The position numbers and the translations under genes were made by a program. A stretch of DNA of 64,000 bases. Origin: Podarcis filfolensis. Its lineage: Eukaryota. The stretch is from the NCBI GenBank assembly GCA_964270895.1, contig OZ185443.1; one strand, written 5' to 3'. Positions within the stretch are counted from its first letter, which is position 1. Every line of letters starts with the position of its first letter. This document shows positions 61,465-64,000 of the stretch, one piece after another. Under the pieces are notes generated by a model. That model did not search any database and was not told where the DNA came from. It worked only from the letters and a program-made list of their open reading frames with translations.

Positions 61465-63351
61465 TATATATATATGGTATACAGTATATATAGCTATATA
61501 TTAGCTATATTGTAGCTTCAGCCAAGTGTTCCTCTTTTTTCAACTGACTATAGTAAATTAAATTTTACTTAGTATGAGATGTGTACTGTTTCCTACTATA
61601 GATGTAAAGGAACAGTAACATCTTCACACTGAGCAAAAATCAATTTACTCCATGTGGTGAATGAAAATGTATCTCATGCCTGCTGTGCAGTAAGATGTCT
61701 CAAACCATATCCAAGTACATTTCTTTGACGAAGAAGAAAAGGATAGCTAAAGAGGGCAAATCTAGATGAAATGCCTAATTTAACGTTTTAGAACATGTTC
61801 CAGCAAGAGTCCTCTTTAAAAGTTACGGGATGTTTTATGTTGTGTAGATTACAGTTTGCTCCATTCTCTTCCCTTTTATTTGTTCAGCTGTTATCAAGGG
61901 TGGGTGCAAAGTCTCTCTATATGAGACATCTGATACAGGCGACACAACTGTCTCCCCTGCTAGAGTTGAAGAGCACTCATGAAAAAAGGGTTACATTAAA
62001 CATTCCACTCTGCATTTGAGCAGTACAGAAAGCCAGCTGTTCATAGTCTGTTACAGATTGCAGCAAAATTATCTTATTTGAAAAGGCTGGTATGTGGCGA
62101 TGCAGAGAAATGAGATCACCATAAAGTCACATATTAAGAAAACCAAAAAAAGCTCACCAATATTGTACACATTCTTGGATCTATTGCTATCCAGTACACC
62201 ATCCGAACTCCCAGTGCAGGAGGCAGTTAATACAGTAAATTCTGTATTAAGCAAGTAGATGAGAAAGCAACAATTTATTTAATATCTCTGTGGAACAAAA
62301 TAAAAAGGATTTATATTTGCCGTGATGCCTTCCTCTGTCAGTCATGCAATACACACTGTATTGAAAATCAGTGGTAAGGTTGCTTTAGAGAGTAAGAGGC
62401 CACTGGTATAGACAAAATCAAATTAGGTTTAATTGGCAAACAGAAAATCTGGTCGCATAGTTGCAAAATGAAATGGTCCACAGGAGCTGCACACTGGAAC
62501 CTGACTGGCAGGCAGAACTCCAAATGGCTCGCATATATGTGATGCCTAGTTGTGATAAATAGGCAGCCGCTGGATATTTCCCCCCGACGGGATCATCAAG
62601 GTGCAGGGGATCTTATCAAGGACATCTAGTCTAAACCTCCTGTTTGATGGAAAACCAGAATTGGACATCCCTAACACATGGCTGTTTAGCCTCTCTTGGA
62701 AGGACCAGCCCTCACTGGAAGTCACCATTCCTCTAGGGTAAGGTAACCCTCTTGGCTGTCAAGCTGCTATTAACGTCACACAAATTCTTCTCCTATTTAG
62801 TGGATAAAGATAAGTTTTTCTCCCTCTCCCCTAATATTAGAGCCCAGGGCAAACTAATGCCACTGAACATCACACAAGAGGTAGTGATGGCTACCACTAT
62901 GGATGGCCATTGGTCCATCTTTTTAAATATTGTCTATGCAGCCTGGCAGTAGCTCCCAAGATTTTAGGCAAGATTGTAACCTCACCACCTTGCTGGTTTT
63001 TGGGAGAACTTGGTGGATGCATCTTTTTTTGTCTGCCCTTTGTTCTTACTGGTTAATTCCACAATATTTTTTTTAGAGGGGACTATTTGATTGCAAAACA
63101 TTTGAGCTGTAGCCATTTACCCGATATATGCCATCAAATTGCCTAAGATTTATACCTCTCACCCGTTGAAGCCATGAGCTTAGCAGGTTGGCACAAGAAG
63201 GGCATCTGGCTGAGAAAGAACATTCTAGCCTTTGTGCCATGCATAGAATGAGGCACCCAGGCCCATGCAAAGATAGGCTGGTGGAAGACAGCAAATCTGG
63301 GAATCTTGATATTGGTCAGTGGCAACAAATTAATCTTCCAGTTCCAAGGGG

Positions 63352-63522
63352 AAGGGTCATCACACAGTGGCAGAGCATCTGTTTCGTATGAAGAAGGTCC
63401 CAGGGTCAGTCTCCAGGCAGGACAAAGACCCCAGCCTAAAACCCTGGAGAGCCACTGCCAGAACATACTCAGCTAAGACGGACCAATGGTCTGATTTGGT
63501 GTAAGACAGCTTCCAGTGTTCG
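63352..63522 (+). mobile_element. tRNA-derived SINE (11496 family), internally deleted
   Basis: cagtggcagagcatctgtttcgtatgaagaaggtcccaggg..aaaccctggagagccactgccag..ggaccaatggtctgatttggtgtaagacagcttcc. Confidence 0.75.
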
Positions 63523-63535
63523 AGGAAGCAAGGTA

Positions 63536-63795
63536 CCGTATTTTTTGCTCTATAAAGACTCACTTTTTCCCTCCTAAAAAGTAAGGAGAAATGTGTGTGC
63601 GTCTTATGGAGCGAATGCAGGCTGCGCAGCTATCCCAGAAGCCAGAACAGCAAGAGGGATTGCTGCTGTCACTGCGTAGCGATCCCTCTTGCTGTTCTGG
63701 CTTCTGAGATTCAGAATATTTTTTTTCTTGTTTTCCTCCTCCAAAAACTAGGTGCATCTTATGGTCTGGTGCGTCTTATATAGCGAAAAATACGG
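63536..63795. mobile_element. Tc1/mariner (pogo/Tigger-like) MITE, 260 bp, with an internal hairpin
   Basis: TIR CCGTATTTTTTGCTCTATAA / TTATATAGCGAAAAATACGG; TA TSD at 63534-63535 and 63796-63797. Confidence 0.9.
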
Positions 63796-63919
63796 TACCT
63801 TCCTGACTTCTGAGGCCAAAGAGGATTATTGGTTATTGTATGGAAGTCCCAGTTATCTGATATTCCTGAAACTGCAGGAATGCATCGTGTTTGTGTCCTG
63901 TGGCACCTCACACATGGAA

Positions 63920-63971
63920 AGTGGTATCTGAAGCATTTGCATCCCTTCAGTGGTATCTGAAGCATTTGCAT
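63920..63971. repeat. Perfect 23-bp direct repeat, period 29 bp
   Basis: AGTGGTATCTGAAGCATTTGCAT at 63920-63942 and 63949-63971. Confidence 0.95.
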
Positions 63972-64000
63972 TGGTGTCCCGAACTTTATTTATTCATTAA

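Overview
Vertebrate nuclear DNA, not prokaryotic. The repeat content (Sauria SINEs with ACCTTT tails, a CORE-type Squam3-like SINE, CR1, L2 and L1 LINE fragments) points to a squamate, probably a lacertid lizard. The window is AT-rich intronic or intergenic sequence from a gapped assembly (N-runs 15632-15766 and 51379-51779). I could not identify a host protein-coding gene, RNA gene or CRISPR array; only weak candidate exons are visible. Nearly everything supportable is transposable element: four Sauria SINEs, several other tRNA-derived SINEs, CR1/L2/L1 fragments, six hAT-type and two Tc1/mariner-type MITEs with readable TIRs and target-site duplications (TSDs), a Ty1/copia RT-RNase H + PPT + LTR fragment, and a 799-bp solo LTR. 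Most interesting: (1) the solo LTR at 44567-45365 is almost filled by an uninterrupted 215-codon acidic-to-basic ORF; (2) a young-looking copia fragment in an amniote; (3) two independent Sauria SINEs share an 11-bp motif at their insertion sites; (4) nested insertions whose order can be read from TSDs; (5) a perfect 25-bp hairpin inside a MITE. I do not see good evidence for a wholly new biological system. Family names come from recognising the sequences, not from database searches.
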